Shown here: one piece after another, positions 42,747 to 52,058 of the stretch
How positions within the stretch are numbered: the first letter of the stretch is position 1
Layout: each line of letters opens with the position of its first letter
Source of the DNA: Bacteriovoracia bacterium
GTDB taxonomy: Bacteria; Bdellovibrionota; UBA1018; CAIPTA01
DNA: 64,000 nucleotides
Direction of reading: 5' to 3'
Assembly: GCA_050246755.1 (NCBI GenBank)
Contig: JBFWVL010000001.1
Location: forward strand, 1,536,001 to 1,600,000
The notes under the pieces: model-generated
What the model saw: only the letters and a program-made list of their open reading frames with translations
What the model was told of the DNA's origin: nothing
The model's database searches: none
Made by a program: the position numbers and the translations under genes

Positions 42747-44321
42747 CTAGTCGATGTAGGGGCGGGCTTGTTTCAGGAAGACCGTGGGAACGCCATTGTC
42801 TTCCGAGTCCACTTTGAACTCCAGGTCGAGGGCGAAGTCCGCTTTGTCCGCGCCGAAGATCGGCTTGAAGTGAGCGTGGGCCTTCATCACTTGGTAGGCG
42901 AGGTCTTTGGCCTGTTCTACCGAGAGAATTTCCTTCGGATTGTCGTGATCGAGGATGGTCTCGTTGTCGTCGGCAATATTGGATTTCTGCAAGTAGCGCA
43001 CTTCGTACTGGGCTACGTTGAGGGGGTCGCGGTCGTTGAAGAGGATCAAAACCTTCTCGGGCTTGATTCCTGATTCAGGGTTCATCACGCTGAATTTATC
43101 GCCGCGCTGGGCTTCTACGTATACGCCCGGAGCGGTGAGATTAGGATCTTTCGAAACGTTTTTCGTCACCACTACGCCGCTGGCACCTTCATCGCTGAAG
43201 GAGGGATTCACTTGGATGCCCATTTTCACATCGCCATGAGGGATACGGAAGAAGGCTCTCTCTTCGTAGGCACGCAGGTTCCAAACCGAGGCCCATACTT
43301 TGCGCAGGGTTTCACTGAGGGCGGCCACTTTTTTCTCCCGCTTCTTCTCTTTGCCGTCTTTCGCAGGCTTATAAGAGTAAGAGTCGTAGAGGCCAGCGCC
43401 GTTGAAGTTCGGCAGGTCTTCCGAGTTGGTAGAGGAGCGCAGCTTCAGCTTACGGGGAACTCCGTCCTTCGTCACTTTCTTGTCGAAGAGCTCGATCAGG
43501 CGGTCGATCAAGGCCGGGCTGATCACGGCGGTTTCGGCCATCATCAGGTCTTGCAGGGCCTTGAGCTTCTCTTCACGGTAGCTCACCTTGGAAACGCGCT
43601 TCATGAGGGGATCGCGGAGGATTCCTTCGATAGAGGCTTTGATTTTTGGGTTACTGTCGATGAACTCTTGGTAGAAGTAGAAGGGGATACCGAAGCCCGT
43701 GCGCACCACGGTGCGATCCGCGGTATTAAGGGCTTTAGCGAGCTCGCCGCAGTTGGCGGCTTTCGATCCTACTTTGTCGGCATCGGCAGAGGAAAGATCT
43801 TCGGTGCGAATCACGTCGCGGGCACTCATGTCGGCCTTTAGCTTAACGTCTACGCCTTTTTTAGCTTGGTAGAACGCGGTGGCTTCGGCTTCGGTGGATT
43901 TCTCGAGAAGGATCTGCCCGTCTTTCGAAAGCACCATGCGAACCCAGTCTCCGTCTTTGAAGGGCTTCATCAGCGAGCTGCTGAGGCCGCCGTCGAGCTC
44001 GGAAATATCGAGGTTCGGGGTTCCGCGCGCGCGGGATTTCAGCTGAACGTGCGAGAGCAGGTTCTGCTGCTTGAGGGTGATCGATCCCGTTACCACGGCG
44101 AGATCCATGGGGAGCTCGGCGAAAACGGGCAAGGAGAGAGGGCTCAGGGCTTTGAACTTAGGAGACAGCTTCTGAACGTCGTCCACGGAAAGGTAAACGA
44201 GCTGTCCTTTCGCTTCACCCGGGTTCATCACGCGGGCGGCCGCGAAGGTTATATTGGGGATCAGGTTCAATAGGAGTGTAAGGGTAATCACTCTACGTAC
44301 GTTGCTTCCGATATTTTTCAT
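42747..44321 (-). CDS. exported dikinase-like protein: phosphohistidine swivel domain plus PPDK_N ATP-grasp domain
   Basis: Signal peptide (TFA|A); GSIT..LLSH(91)VQLKSRARGTPN; VGSKAAN; LRSSTNSEDL..FNGAGLYDS; VWASVW; DLEFK; KQARP. Confidence 0.85.
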   Translation of the reverse strand: MKNIGSNVRRVITLTLLLNLIPNITFAAARVMNPGEAKGQLVYLSVDDVQKLSPKFKALSPLSLPVFAELPMDLAVVTGSITLKQQNLLSHVQLKSRARGTPNLDISELDGGLSSSLMKPFKDGDWVRMVLSKDGQILLEKSTEAEATAFYQAKKGVDVKLKADMSARDVIRTEDLSSADADKVGSKAANCGELAKALNTADRTVVRTGFGIPFYFYQEFIDSNPKIKASIEGILRDPLMKRVSKVSYREEKLKALQDLMMAETAVISPALIDRLIELFDKKVTKDGVPRKLKLRSSTNSEDLPNFNGAGLYDSYSYKPAKDGKEKKREKKVAALSETLRKVWASVWNLRAYEERAFFRIPHGDVKMGIQVNPSFSDEGASGVVVTKNVSKDPNLTAPGVYVEAQRGDKFSVMNPESGIKPEKVLILFNDRDPLNVAQYEVRYLQKSNIADDNETILDHDNPKEILSVEQAKDLAYQVMKAHAHFKPIFGADKADFALDLEFKVDSEDNGVPTVFLKQARPYID

Positions 44322-44322
44322 A

Positions 44323-45705
44323 TTATTTCTTTCTCAGTTTTTCGATAACGTTGGAGGCGGTATTAAGCGCCGAACTTTTGATGGTGCTGTCCATGAAGTA
44401 AGACATCTTGGGTTCGATCGAAACCCATTGGTCGTACGTTGGGCGGAATGCTTCCGTGAGAGTAGCCGTGGAGGCATCCACGATATCTCCGAGAAGAGAG
44501 GCGGCGTCACCGGCGGTAGTGGCTTCCTTCTGGAAGTAAACCCAGTTGTCCTTGATCAAGAAACCTTCCACATAGATCGTGTTCACAACCGTTTCGGTGA
44601 TCTTGTTGCTAAGGGTCTTCACGGTGGCGGAAGAGATTCCGCTGATTTCTTTGTTCAATACTTTGGTGGTTTCCGCGAGCAACGCGAGGGTTAGTCCGCG
44701 TTTCTCGTAGGGAACCCGGGCGGTAGCGATATCAGAGCGCAGGTTGGCGGCAGCACGCGAGAGCTCGAGGAGTCCGTCGGTGAAGGTCGCCTTTTTGGCC
44801 ACTTTATCGGCCGCCGCTTTGATCTCGGGGTAGCCGAGTTTCTTGGCGGTATTACTGATTTTCCCTACGCTGATCCCAAAGTATTCCACGAGGATTCTGC
44901 GAAGCTCCGGGAAGTAGGAATCATTGCGGTAGCTGGGATAGCTTTTCAGGAACTGATCGAGCTGGCCGACCACTTCTTTGCTCAGCTGGTTATGGATATT
45001 ATTGCGGAGCTTATACATCTCCTGCAGCCCGCTTTGGTCCACGCCCCAGCCGCCGGCGTTATAGTAGTCGAAGGCCTGGGCGATCAGATCGCGAGCGCGT
45101 TCGAGCGAGGCCGAGGCTACGATCGGGCTTTTATTCACGAGGATGAAAGCCGGAAGATACTGGAAATCTTCCGTGATGGAGCTGAGGTAGAAATTGAAGA
45201 AATACTGAGCGAAGGTTTGTTCGTTCACCACGTCGCTGATCCCACGGTAGGCGAAGGCCATTCCCATCTGGGATTGCGGAAATTGGTTCAGGTACTGCTT
45301 TTCCAGCACCCATCCGCGCACCATGGCCGCCGCTTTCGGCATCGCCTTGGCACCCACGTCGGCCAGGCGCTTATGCTCGAGAGGGTGATTGCTCATCGGA
45401 TCTCCGAACACGTATTCACCCATGAGCTCGTAGTAGTTCGTGGTGAAGAGATTGCCCAAGTAGAACGTGTCTTGAGCGATCATGTCGCGGGCGATTTTGT
45501 TGCGGTAAGCGGCCTGGAACAAGGCGCCGCCGTCCACGTGGGTGCCATTTTTTACGGCCACACGCGAGCGGGCACCCTGGATATAGTTCAGCTCAAAGGG
45601 ACCTTTATTGGTCGAATTGATCTGGGCCCAGTTCTGTTTCAGGTTCGCCGCATGCGCCGTTAAGGCATAGGTGGCGAGAAAGAGCGTAATAAAGAAGTTT
45701 CTCAT
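44323..45705 (-). CDS. exported, mostly helical hypothetical protein
   Basis: Signal peptide (AHA|A); ends 1 nt before the dikinase start. Confidence 0.8.
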   Translation of the reverse strand: MRNFFITLFLATYALTAHAANLKQNWAQINSTNKGPFELNYIQGARSRVAVKNGTHVDGGALFQAAYRNKIARDMIAQDTFYLGNLFTTNYYELMGEYVFGDPMSNHPLEHKRLADVGAKAMPKAAAMVRGWVLEKQYLNQFPQSQMGMAFAYRGISDVVNEQTFAQYFFNFYLSSITEDFQYLPAFILVNKSPIVASASLERARDLIAQAFDYYNAGGWGVDQSGLQEMYKLRNNIHNQLSKEVVGQLDQFLKSYPSYRNDSYFPELRRILVEYFGISVGKISNTAKKLGYPEIKAAADKVAKKATFTDGLLELSRAAANLRSDIATARVPYEKRGLTLALLAETTKVLNKEISGISSATVKTLSNKITETVVNTIYVEGFLIKDNWVYFQKEATTAGDAASLLGDIVDASTATLTEAFRPTYDQWVSIEPKMSYFMDSTIKSSALNTASNVIEKLRKK

Positions 45706-45716
45706 GATTCAAATCC

Positions 45717-47546
45717 TCAGCGGGCTTGGTTAATGATCTGATTGGCTTCGCGGTCGAAAGCGTTTTCTCCGCAGGCTTCTTTATCTGAGAATGGTGCGCA
45801 GCCGCGGATACGTCCCATGAGGCGAACGATACGTTTGCTGAGCGCCGAGTTGCTGATCTCTTCGAGGCCCGAGGTGTCGCTGGGAAGATAGAGCTGGATC
45901 TTGTCGCGCTCATATTCCTGTTCGTAGAGCGGAAGCACGCCGTTCACTACCATGCGCGTCTTCATTCCACGCTTCTGGAAATCCAGGTACGAAGGAACCG
46001 AAACGCCAGGGTTGTTGAAAAGGTAAGTTCCGTCTTCCGTTACGGTGAATACGTTCTTCGCGCCGTAGAGAGTGGTGTAGAACTTCAGTTTTCCGCGTTC
46101 GGCGATGTCGAGATCTTTTCCCTCACGATTTGCGAGGCCGCTGGCGGCCTGCGTTCCGTAGGAGATAGAGTATTTCACGCCCATTACTTCGGGTTTGCCG
46201 TCGCCGTCGATGTCGTATACGTCGAAATCCTTAGGGTCTTGCATGAAGGTATATACTTGGGTGGCAACGCTGTTCTGCGAGGGCAGAATGGAGCGCATTT
46301 CCCAGGCGTGGCCCGAAGCGAGCCGCGAGCAACCGTGGGAAACTCCGCCGCGCATTACGGCCCAGAGAGTCTGGTGATTGGCAGGAATGTTCAATGCCGC
46401 GCGCACGGCTTTCGAAGTCCAGTTGCGCACGCCTGGATTGTGGAAGCCGTTTCCGATGCCTTCGTAGTCCATCTTGGGGATCCAAGCGTAGTAAGGCTCT
46501 TGGCGGATATTGTCGAAATCGGCGTAAGAGCGCGAGAGGAATTTCCAGAGACCGGTGGTGCCGAAGCTCGAAATCGAGTTTCCGAATTGATCGCGAGTTT
46601 TTTCCACTACGGTGCCGGTGGGATATATCGTGGTGAATTCAGTATAGGCAAGCAGGCAGCTGGCCGCGCTGGTGCACTGGATGAGATTTTCCCAGCGTCC
46701 GTTCACAAACTGACGCGTCTGGTATTTGTTGCCAGTGAGGGTCTTGAAGAGGTCGAGGGCGTTGAGTACGAACTCGTCCTCGTTGCCGTCAAGCTTCGCC
46801 ATTTCGGCTAGAGTTACGAGTTTGGCCATCACTTCGGGCGTAGGCTTGGCGATATAGTTCACGCGTCCCCATACGAGGCTATCGATCGCGATCACGGTCT
46901 GGCCGGGATTTTTCGCGAAGAAGGCCGTGGTATCGGCCTGATTGGCGAGCATGGCGCGGATCTGAGATTTCCATTTGCGGAATTCATTCGTGAGGTTTAG
47001 GCGGATAGTATAGATGCGGCCGGGGTTCAGCGCGGTGATGGTGGCCAAGCCCTTGGCGTAGATTTCTTCACGAGACGTTGCGCCTGAGTTCGCACGCTCT
47101 ACGAAGGGGAGGATGCCATAGGCATCGGACTCGATGATTTTGTTAAAATTGGAGAGCTGGGGTAGGAAGGCGGCGCTTTTTGAGTCGATCGCGGTGTTCA
47201 CGATCGTGGTGGCGCCCACGCGGCTCGTTACGTTCTTGTAAAACTTATAGCGTTTCACGAGATCGAAGAGGTAATCGCTCGCGGTTTGCTCATCAAGAAT
47301 CACGCTGATGCGGGTATTGTTTCCGCGCGCGAGGCGGATATGAATCCGGGAAGGGGTGCTCACGCGAGGAGCGAAGCCGGTATAGAAACTGGGATAGTAA
47401 CCGCCAATGGCGTTGTTACCGGCGGTCCAGGTGGTTCCCCACACTGGCAAAGAGGCGTTAAGATCGTCAATGGTGAAGGCGGCCTGAGCGTTGCTTAGCC
47501 AGCCAGCGGAGAGCGCGAGAGCGCCTACGAGCGATACGAATTTCAT
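45717..47546 (-). CDS. exported protein with L,D-transpeptidase-like H...SHGCxR motif
   Basis: Start ATG 47546 with GAGGT RBS; signal peptide (AQA|A); GFHNPG...GVSHGCSRL; DIDGDGKPE Ca-binding-like loop. Confidence 0.7.
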   Translation of the reverse strand: MKFVSLVGALALSAGWLSNAQAAFTIDDLNASLPVWGTTWTAGNNAIGGYYPSFYTGFAPRVSTPSRIHIRLARGNNTRISVILDEQTASDYLFDLVKRYKFYKNVTSRVGATTIVNTAIDSKSAAFLPQLSNFNKIIESDAYGILPFVERANSGATSREEIYAKGLATITALNPGRIYTIRLNLTNEFRKWKSQIRAMLANQADTTAFFAKNPGQTVIAIDSLVWGRVNYIAKPTPEVMAKLVTLAEMAKLDGNEDEFVLNALDLFKTLTGNKYQTRQFVNGRWENLIQCTSAASCLLAYTEFTTIYPTGTVVEKTRDQFGNSISSFGTTGLWKFLSRSYADFDNIRQEPYYAWIPKMDYEGIGNGFHNPGVRNWTSKAVRAALNIPANHQTLWAVMRGGVSHGCSRLASGHAWEMRSILPSQNSVATQVYTFMQDPKDFDVYDIDGDGKPEVMGVKYSISYGTQAASGLANREGKDLDIAERGKLKFYTTLYGAKNVFTVTEDGTYLFNNPGVSVPSYLDFQKRGMKTRMVVNGVLPLYEQEYERDKIQLYLPSDTSGLEEISNSALSKRIVRLMGRIRGCAPFSDKEACGENAFDREANQIINQAR

Positions 47547-47891
47547 ATTTTTTACCTCAGTTGAAAGCGAAAAAAATCTCAGTTGGCCGGAACCTACCCG
47601 ACAACAACGCGCCAAGTCAATATGCTTTAACGCTGAGCGCAAATTATTTTCCACCGAGAAAAAGAGGCCTGCGCAAAGAGTGACCAAGTAACGCAGCAAG
47701 GTGAGGATGTAAGAGAAACGCGTGCATTGTAGGCTGGATTCCGCTTTCCGGGTACCGTTGCAAGCAAATGAAAGAAAAAAGCTTATAAAAACTACACACT
47801 TAGCTTGGTCAATGGGGCGCGGCACATTATCCTAAATAGACCACGCCATTGGTAATTCTATTCGTTTCAACGGTTCATGGAGGAGCTGTAA

Positions 47892-48836
47892 ATGAATGTA
47901 TCTCTCGTGTTTCTGTCCTTATTAGTCTTCGCTTCATGCGGCCAAACGACACCTGGACAAGCGCAGGTACCTGTCACTCCCGTGACCGATCCGAACTTCC
48001 TGGTGCTGGCCAACGGGACAGATTTGAGAACAATCAAAGTATCCGGCGCGGCTCTCTCCTTGGCGCGCGGAACGGGGAACAGTTTTGGGGCAAGCCAGCA
48101 GGCGCAGTATATGGCGCTGAAATCTCGTTCGAAGGCTGGGGATCCTAAGATTCAGTGGGTGCTCATGGACCTCGATAGCCACGTGATCGTGGACCAAAGT
48201 GCCAATACGGAAAAACGAATGTTTGGGGCTTCAGCCTCAAAAATTTTCGTGGCCGGAACTCTGTTGGATAAGCAGAGGGGGGAGCTTAGCTCCAAGCAAC
48301 TGCAGCTGATGTCGGACATGCTGGTGATTTCTTCCAATACAGCCTGGGTGGAATTGCAAAGCCAGATAGGCGACGGCAACTCAGACCGCGGCCGCGAGCT
48401 GAACTACCAGTTTACCCAACGGATGGGGTACAAAAATACCCGCGGTTTTCAGGGGAACTGGGGCTCTATGCATGGCAATGAGCTGTCCTCAGCCGACGTA
48501 GCCGAATTCCTCTACGATACCTACCAGGGCAATTATCCTGGGGCAGATACGATGTGGAAAATTATGCATACCTCGCGGACGGGAGCCGAGCGGGCAAAAA
48601 AATATATGCCGGCGGATCTGGTGCTGGGCGGAAAAACTGGAACCTATGCCGGAAGCACCGTGGATCCCGATACCGGGAGAGGGATCAAGGTAGACGTGGC
48701 CCACCAAGAGATCGTGTTTAATATGGGCGGGCGTCAATACGCGCTGGTGGTGCTTGCCGATACGGGCACGAACGAAACCGCCGCTTTATTGGCCGGTGGC
48801 TTATTGCGCGAATACACCACGTATCGCGGGAAATAA
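47892..48836 (+). CDS. serine beta-lactamase/DD-peptidase-fold lipoprotein
   Basis: GGAGG RBS; lipobox FASC; SASK (SxxK), SSN (SxN), KTG. Confidence 0.85.
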   Translation: MNVSLVFLSLLVFASCGQTTPGQAQVPVTPVTDPNFLVLANGTDLRTIKVSGAALSLARGTGNSFGASQQAQYMALKSRSKAGDPKIQWVLMDLDSHVIVDQSANTEKRMFGASASKIFVAGTLLDKQRGELSSKQLQLMSDMLVISSNTAWVELQSQIGDGNSDRGRELNYQFTQRMGYKNTRGFQGNWGSMHGNELSSADVAEFLYDTYQGNYPGADTMWKIMHTSRTGAERAKKYMPADLVLGGKTGTYAGSTVDPDTGRGIKVDVAHQEIVFNMGGRQYALVVLADTGTNETAALLAGGLLREYTTYRGK

Positions 48837-48851
48837 ATTGAGTCCTGAGGG

Positions 48852-48881
48852 AGGCAGCTTGGAAACGGGCTGCCTTTTTTT
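48852..48881 (+). terminator. rho-independent terminator
   Basis: AGGCAGCTT-GGAAAC-GGGCTGCCT followed by a T run. Confidence 0.8.
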
Positions 48882-48891
48882 GCGCCTAAAA

Positions 48892-50487
48892 TTATAGGCG
48901 GGGAGAAGTTTTGAGCCGCATCTCTTCGAGATCCAGTTCCTGCACGAGGGCGTGAAAAATTTCGTCGTGTACTTCGCCCTTTTGGCGCATCTCATTTAAA
49001 GACTTTCTTTCGAGGGCAAGCGCTTCGTGCGTGAGGCGGCGCAGCTGTTGGTCGTCATCAATAAGACTAGAAAAAGGGGTAGGGTCGAGATTGGAGCGCA
49101 CCGTTTTTAGCCGGCGCTCGTATCTTTCTTGTAGCTGAATCAGGTGGGGCTTCATCGGCGTGGGCACCTGGCGCTTGCGGAAATGCTCCACCACGGCTTC
49201 GGTGGAACGAACGCGCGCCTTTGCTTCTTCTCTCTGGGGCCCGCCGTCGTCTTTCAGCCCAAAGAAGCGAATCATTAGGGGAAGCGTAGCCGCCGGAATT
49301 AGGAGGGTGGCGAGCACCACGCTGTAGGTGAGGAATATCAGCAAGTCGCGGTTGGGGAAGGGCGCTCCGTTCTCCAGGGTGATAGGGATAGCCAGCGCCG
49401 CCGCCAGCGAGACAATCCCCCGCATGCCGGTCCAACTCAGCAATACCACTACGCGCCAGGGAGGCGAAGGGTCTCGCTTGGCTACGCTGGAAATAAGGTA
49501 ACGCGGCAAATAGGTGGCCGGAAATACCCAGAGGATCCTCACTCCCATCACCACTGCTACGGTAACGGCCGCGTAGCCGAGCAAGGTGGCCGTGATGCCG
49601 CCGCTGAGATTGCTCAGGATGGTAGGAAGTTGAAGGCCGATCAGGGTGAAAATGAGGCCATTGATCACGAAAAGCACGAGCTCCCAGCTGGCGCGCGATT
49701 CAATTCTTGTTTTGGCCGAAGCCGCGCCGGAAGAAGGCAGCATGCGGCCGAAGTAGAGACCGCCCGCCACCGTGGCGAGCACTCCCGAAAAGCCTAGATG
49801 CTCGGCACCGAGGAAGCAGGCAAAGGCGGTGAGGAGCGACCACAGCGTTTCGGCGCGCGAATCCCGCAAGCGGAGGAGGATGGCATAGGCGCCGAAGCCG
49901 ATCGCCAGGCCAAAAATGATCCCCCCCGAGGCAATCCAGAAGAAGCTCGTTACCGCGCGGCCGGCGGAAAATTCTCCGGTGGCCACGGCCGCTAGGGCGA
50001 AACGGTAGCAAACGAGCGCGGTGGCATCATTTACCAGGCTTTCCCCCTCGAGCACGGCCACGAGCCGGCGGGGAATAGGAAAGTTTCGGATTAGCGCGGA
50101 AGCGGCCGAGGCATCGGGCGGTGAAACAATGGCGCCGAGCAGGAGCGCCTGGGTTAACGGAAGGCCGGGAATCAGCCAATGCAGCAGAAAGCCCAGCGAG
50201 AAAGTAGTGCACAGGACGAGGCCGATGGCGAGCAACGCAATCGGGCGCATATTGAATTTTAAGTCGTGCCAGGAGGTAAAATAGGCCGCCCCGAATAAAA
50301 TAGGAGGCAGGAAAACTTCAAAAATCAGCTCGGGATTGAGATCCAGATGGGGAAGATGAGGGACGAAGCTAAGCAGCAGGCTGCCGAGCAAGAGCAAAAC
50401 TTCCAGCGGAACATGCAGCTTGCGGGTAAGTGAAACGCCCAGCGTGGCGAAAATTAAAACGCAGATTGTGATTTCAACGGTATTCAA
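48892..50487 (-). CDS. Na+/H+ antiporter, CPA1 (NhaP/YjcE) family
   Basis: LPPILF, GAIVSPPD, LEGESLVNDA, WTGMRGIVSLAAAL, ELDLEE. Confidence 0.93.
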   Translation of the reverse strand: MNTVEITICVLIFATLGVSLTRKLHVPLEVLLLLGSLLLSFVPHLPHLDLNPELIFEVFLPPILFGAAYFTSWHDLKFNMRPIALLAIGLVLCTTFSLGFLLHWLIPGLPLTQALLLGAIVSPPDASAASALIRNFPIPRRLVAVLEGESLVNDATALVCYRFALAAVATGEFSAGRAVTSFFWIASGGIIFGLAIGFGAYAILLRLRDSRAETLWSLLTAFACFLGAEHLGFSGVLATVAGGLYFGRMLPSSGAASAKTRIESRASWELVLFVINGLIFTLIGLQLPTILSNLSGGITATLLGYAAVTVAVVMGVRILWVFPATYLPRYLISSVAKRDPSPPWRVVVLLSWTGMRGIVSLAAALAIPITLENGAPFPNRDLLIFLTYSVVLATLLIPAATLPLMIRFFGLKDDGGPQREEAKARVRSTEAVVEHFRKRQVPTPMKPHLIQLQERYERRLKTVRSNLDPTPFSSLIDDDQQLRRLTHEALALERKSLNEMRQKGEVHDEIFHALVQELDLEEMRLKTSPRL

Positions 50488-50532
50488 AAAAATCCCCGGA
50501 GCAAAGATAATCTAAGCCCCGGGGCGGATCAA

Positions 50533-50973
50533 TTATTTGCTGAGCTGCCCATCCATGGAGGCTTTGCCGCCGCCGCGAAGCATGAGGGCGATCGCGATAC
50601 CGATCGCCAGCAAATGGTATTCGAATCCTTCGCCAGATTGCTGGCCAGACCAGTTCATGAAGAATCCCACGTTTAGGTGAGCGGTAAGTACGGCCACCAC
50701 CATTACGGAGAAAATACCGAAAGCCGCCACCCGCGTGAGCAAGCCCACGATCAAGCCGAGCGCTCCGAGAAACTCCGCCGCGATCGCGAGCAGGGCAAAA
50801 AGCGCGGGAATATGCATCATTTCGGTGAAGAACTGCATGGTGGCCGAAAAGCCGTGGCCACCGAACCACCCAAGCGTTTTCTGCAAGCCGTGGGGAAGCA
50901 TTACGATTCCGAGGGTGAGGCGCAGGGCGAGTTGGGTGAAGCTTTGGTCGGTTCTGATTAGCTTATTCCACAT
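50533..50973 (-). CDS. DoxX family membrane protein
   Basis: LRLTLGIVMLPHGLQK, AEFLG, GLLTR, GEGFEYHLL. Confidence 0.92.
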   Translation of the reverse strand: MWNKLIRTDQSFTQLALRLTLGIVMLPHGLQKTLGWFGGHGFSATMQFFTEMMHIPALFALLAIAAEFLGALGLIVGLLTRVAAFGIFSVMVVAVLTAHLNVGFFMNWSGQQSGEGFEYHLLAIGIAIALMLRGGGKASMDGQLSK

Positions 50974-51001
50974 GGGTTCTCCTAAAATTTATTTGCTGTT
51001 A

Positions 51002-51056
51002 TACTTACTTTAGAACAGTTACTTACTTATTAAAAGTAGGTACCGAAAGGTAACTA
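51002..51056. promoter_or_regulatory. putative HxlR operator array between the divergent DoxX and HxlR genes
   Basis: TACTTACTT at 51002 and 51020, inverted AAGTAGGTA at 51034, overlapping TAGGTACC-GAAA-GGTAACTA. Confidence 0.6.
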
Positions 51057-51088
51057 TATCGACCCGTAGCGGTGATATAAGAGGACGC

Positions 51089-51478
51089 ATGAAGATACGG
51101 CCAAATCCCAAAAAAGTGGCGGACCCCGCCCCGGACTGCCCACTAAATGATTGCCTGAACCTAATGGCCGGCGCGTGGACGGCGGAAGTGATCTGGTACC
51201 TGCAAAAAGAACCACGACGTTTTGGCGATTTGCAGCGCGATTTGGCGGGCGTTTCCTCTAAAGTGCTCACCTCCCGTTTGCGGGAGCTGGAAGAGCGAGG
51301 CGTAGTGGCACGGGCCGTATTTCCCACCAAGCCCCCCACGGTGGAATATTCCCTTACGGCCATCGGCCGCCGGCTTTTGCCCGTACTCGATGCGGTGGTG
51401 GAGGTAGGAAAAGATTTGCGTAAGCGCGGAGAGGTTTCCCGGCGCCCCATCGTAAAGAAACGAACGAGTTTCGCATGA
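51089..51478 (+). CDS. HxlR/DUF24 winged-helix transcriptional regulator
   Basis: CP..CL, W, RRFGDLQRDL.GVSSKVL..RLRELE..G, PPTVEYSLT..G. Confidence 0.93.
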   Translation: MKIRPNPKKVADPAPDCPLNDCLNLMAGAWTAEVIWYLQKEPRRFGDLQRDLAGVSSKVLTSRLRELEERGVVARAVFPTKPPTVEYSLTAIGRRLLPVLDAVVEVGKDLRKRGEVSRRPIVKKRTSFA

Positions 51479-52056
51479 GCCAAATTCCGTCGAAAAAAGG
51501 CGCCGCGGTTACTTTCTTGGTGGGTGGGCTTCTGCCAGTGGTGGCATTCACGGTGGTGGAACAGTTTTATGGCCCAGTCGGTGGTGCCATCGCCGGGATC
51601 GTTTTCGGGGTGGGGGAAATTTGCTGGGAATTATGGCGCAACGGGCGCGTGCAAAAGATAACCTGGCTTTCCAATCTCTTGGTATTGGTGTTCGGAGTGC
51701 TTTCTTTGTGGGAGAGCGATGGAACGTTCTTTAAGCTCCAGCCCGCGGCTTTGCTGCTGATTTTTGCGGCGCTGCTCTTCGGCTCGTCTTTTCTGAAGAA
51801 GCCCTTCCTAACCGCCATGGCAAAAAAGCAGAATCCTACCCTCCCTCCCGAGGCCGAAGCGCTTTTGACTCGCATGAATTTCCGTCTTGGTTTTGTCTTC
51901 CTGATTCTTACCGCCATCTCTGTGTATGCGGCCTTTTATTGGAGTACCGTAGCGTGGGCCACGCTCAAAGGCGTAGGTTTACCGGTTCTCCTGGCGATTT
52001 ACATGGCGGGCGAATTTATTTGGCTGCGGATCCAGCGCGGCCGGGCTAAGAAATAG
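51475..52056 (+). CDS. yciB: inner membrane protein YciB / intracellular septation protein A
   Basis: LLPVVAF, LVLVFGVLSL..SDGTFFKLQP, WATLK. Confidence 0.8.
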   Translation: MSQIPSKKGAAVTFLVGGLLPVVAFTVVEQFYGPVGGAIAGIVFGVGEICWELWRNGRVQKITWLSNLLVLVFGVLSLWESDGTFFKLQPAALLLIFAALLFGSSFLKKPFLTAMAKKQNPTLPPEAEALLTRMNFRLGFVFLILTAISVYAAFYWSTVAWATLKGVGLPVLLAIYMAGEFIWLRIQRGRAKK

Positions 52057-52058
52057 AA

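Noticed and set aside
42747-44321. Annotation as ppsA, ppdK or rifampin phosphotransferase
   Set aside because: Wrong domain order, no pyruvate- or rifampin-binding domain, and has a signal peptide
47547-47825. 93-aa N-terminal extension of the 702-aa ORF
   Set aside because: RBS and signal peptide point to ATG 47546; the extension is probably promoter DNA
47892-48836. Bona fide class A beta-lactamase resistance gene
   Set aside because: No clear Glu166 omega-loop motif; the fold alone does not show resistance
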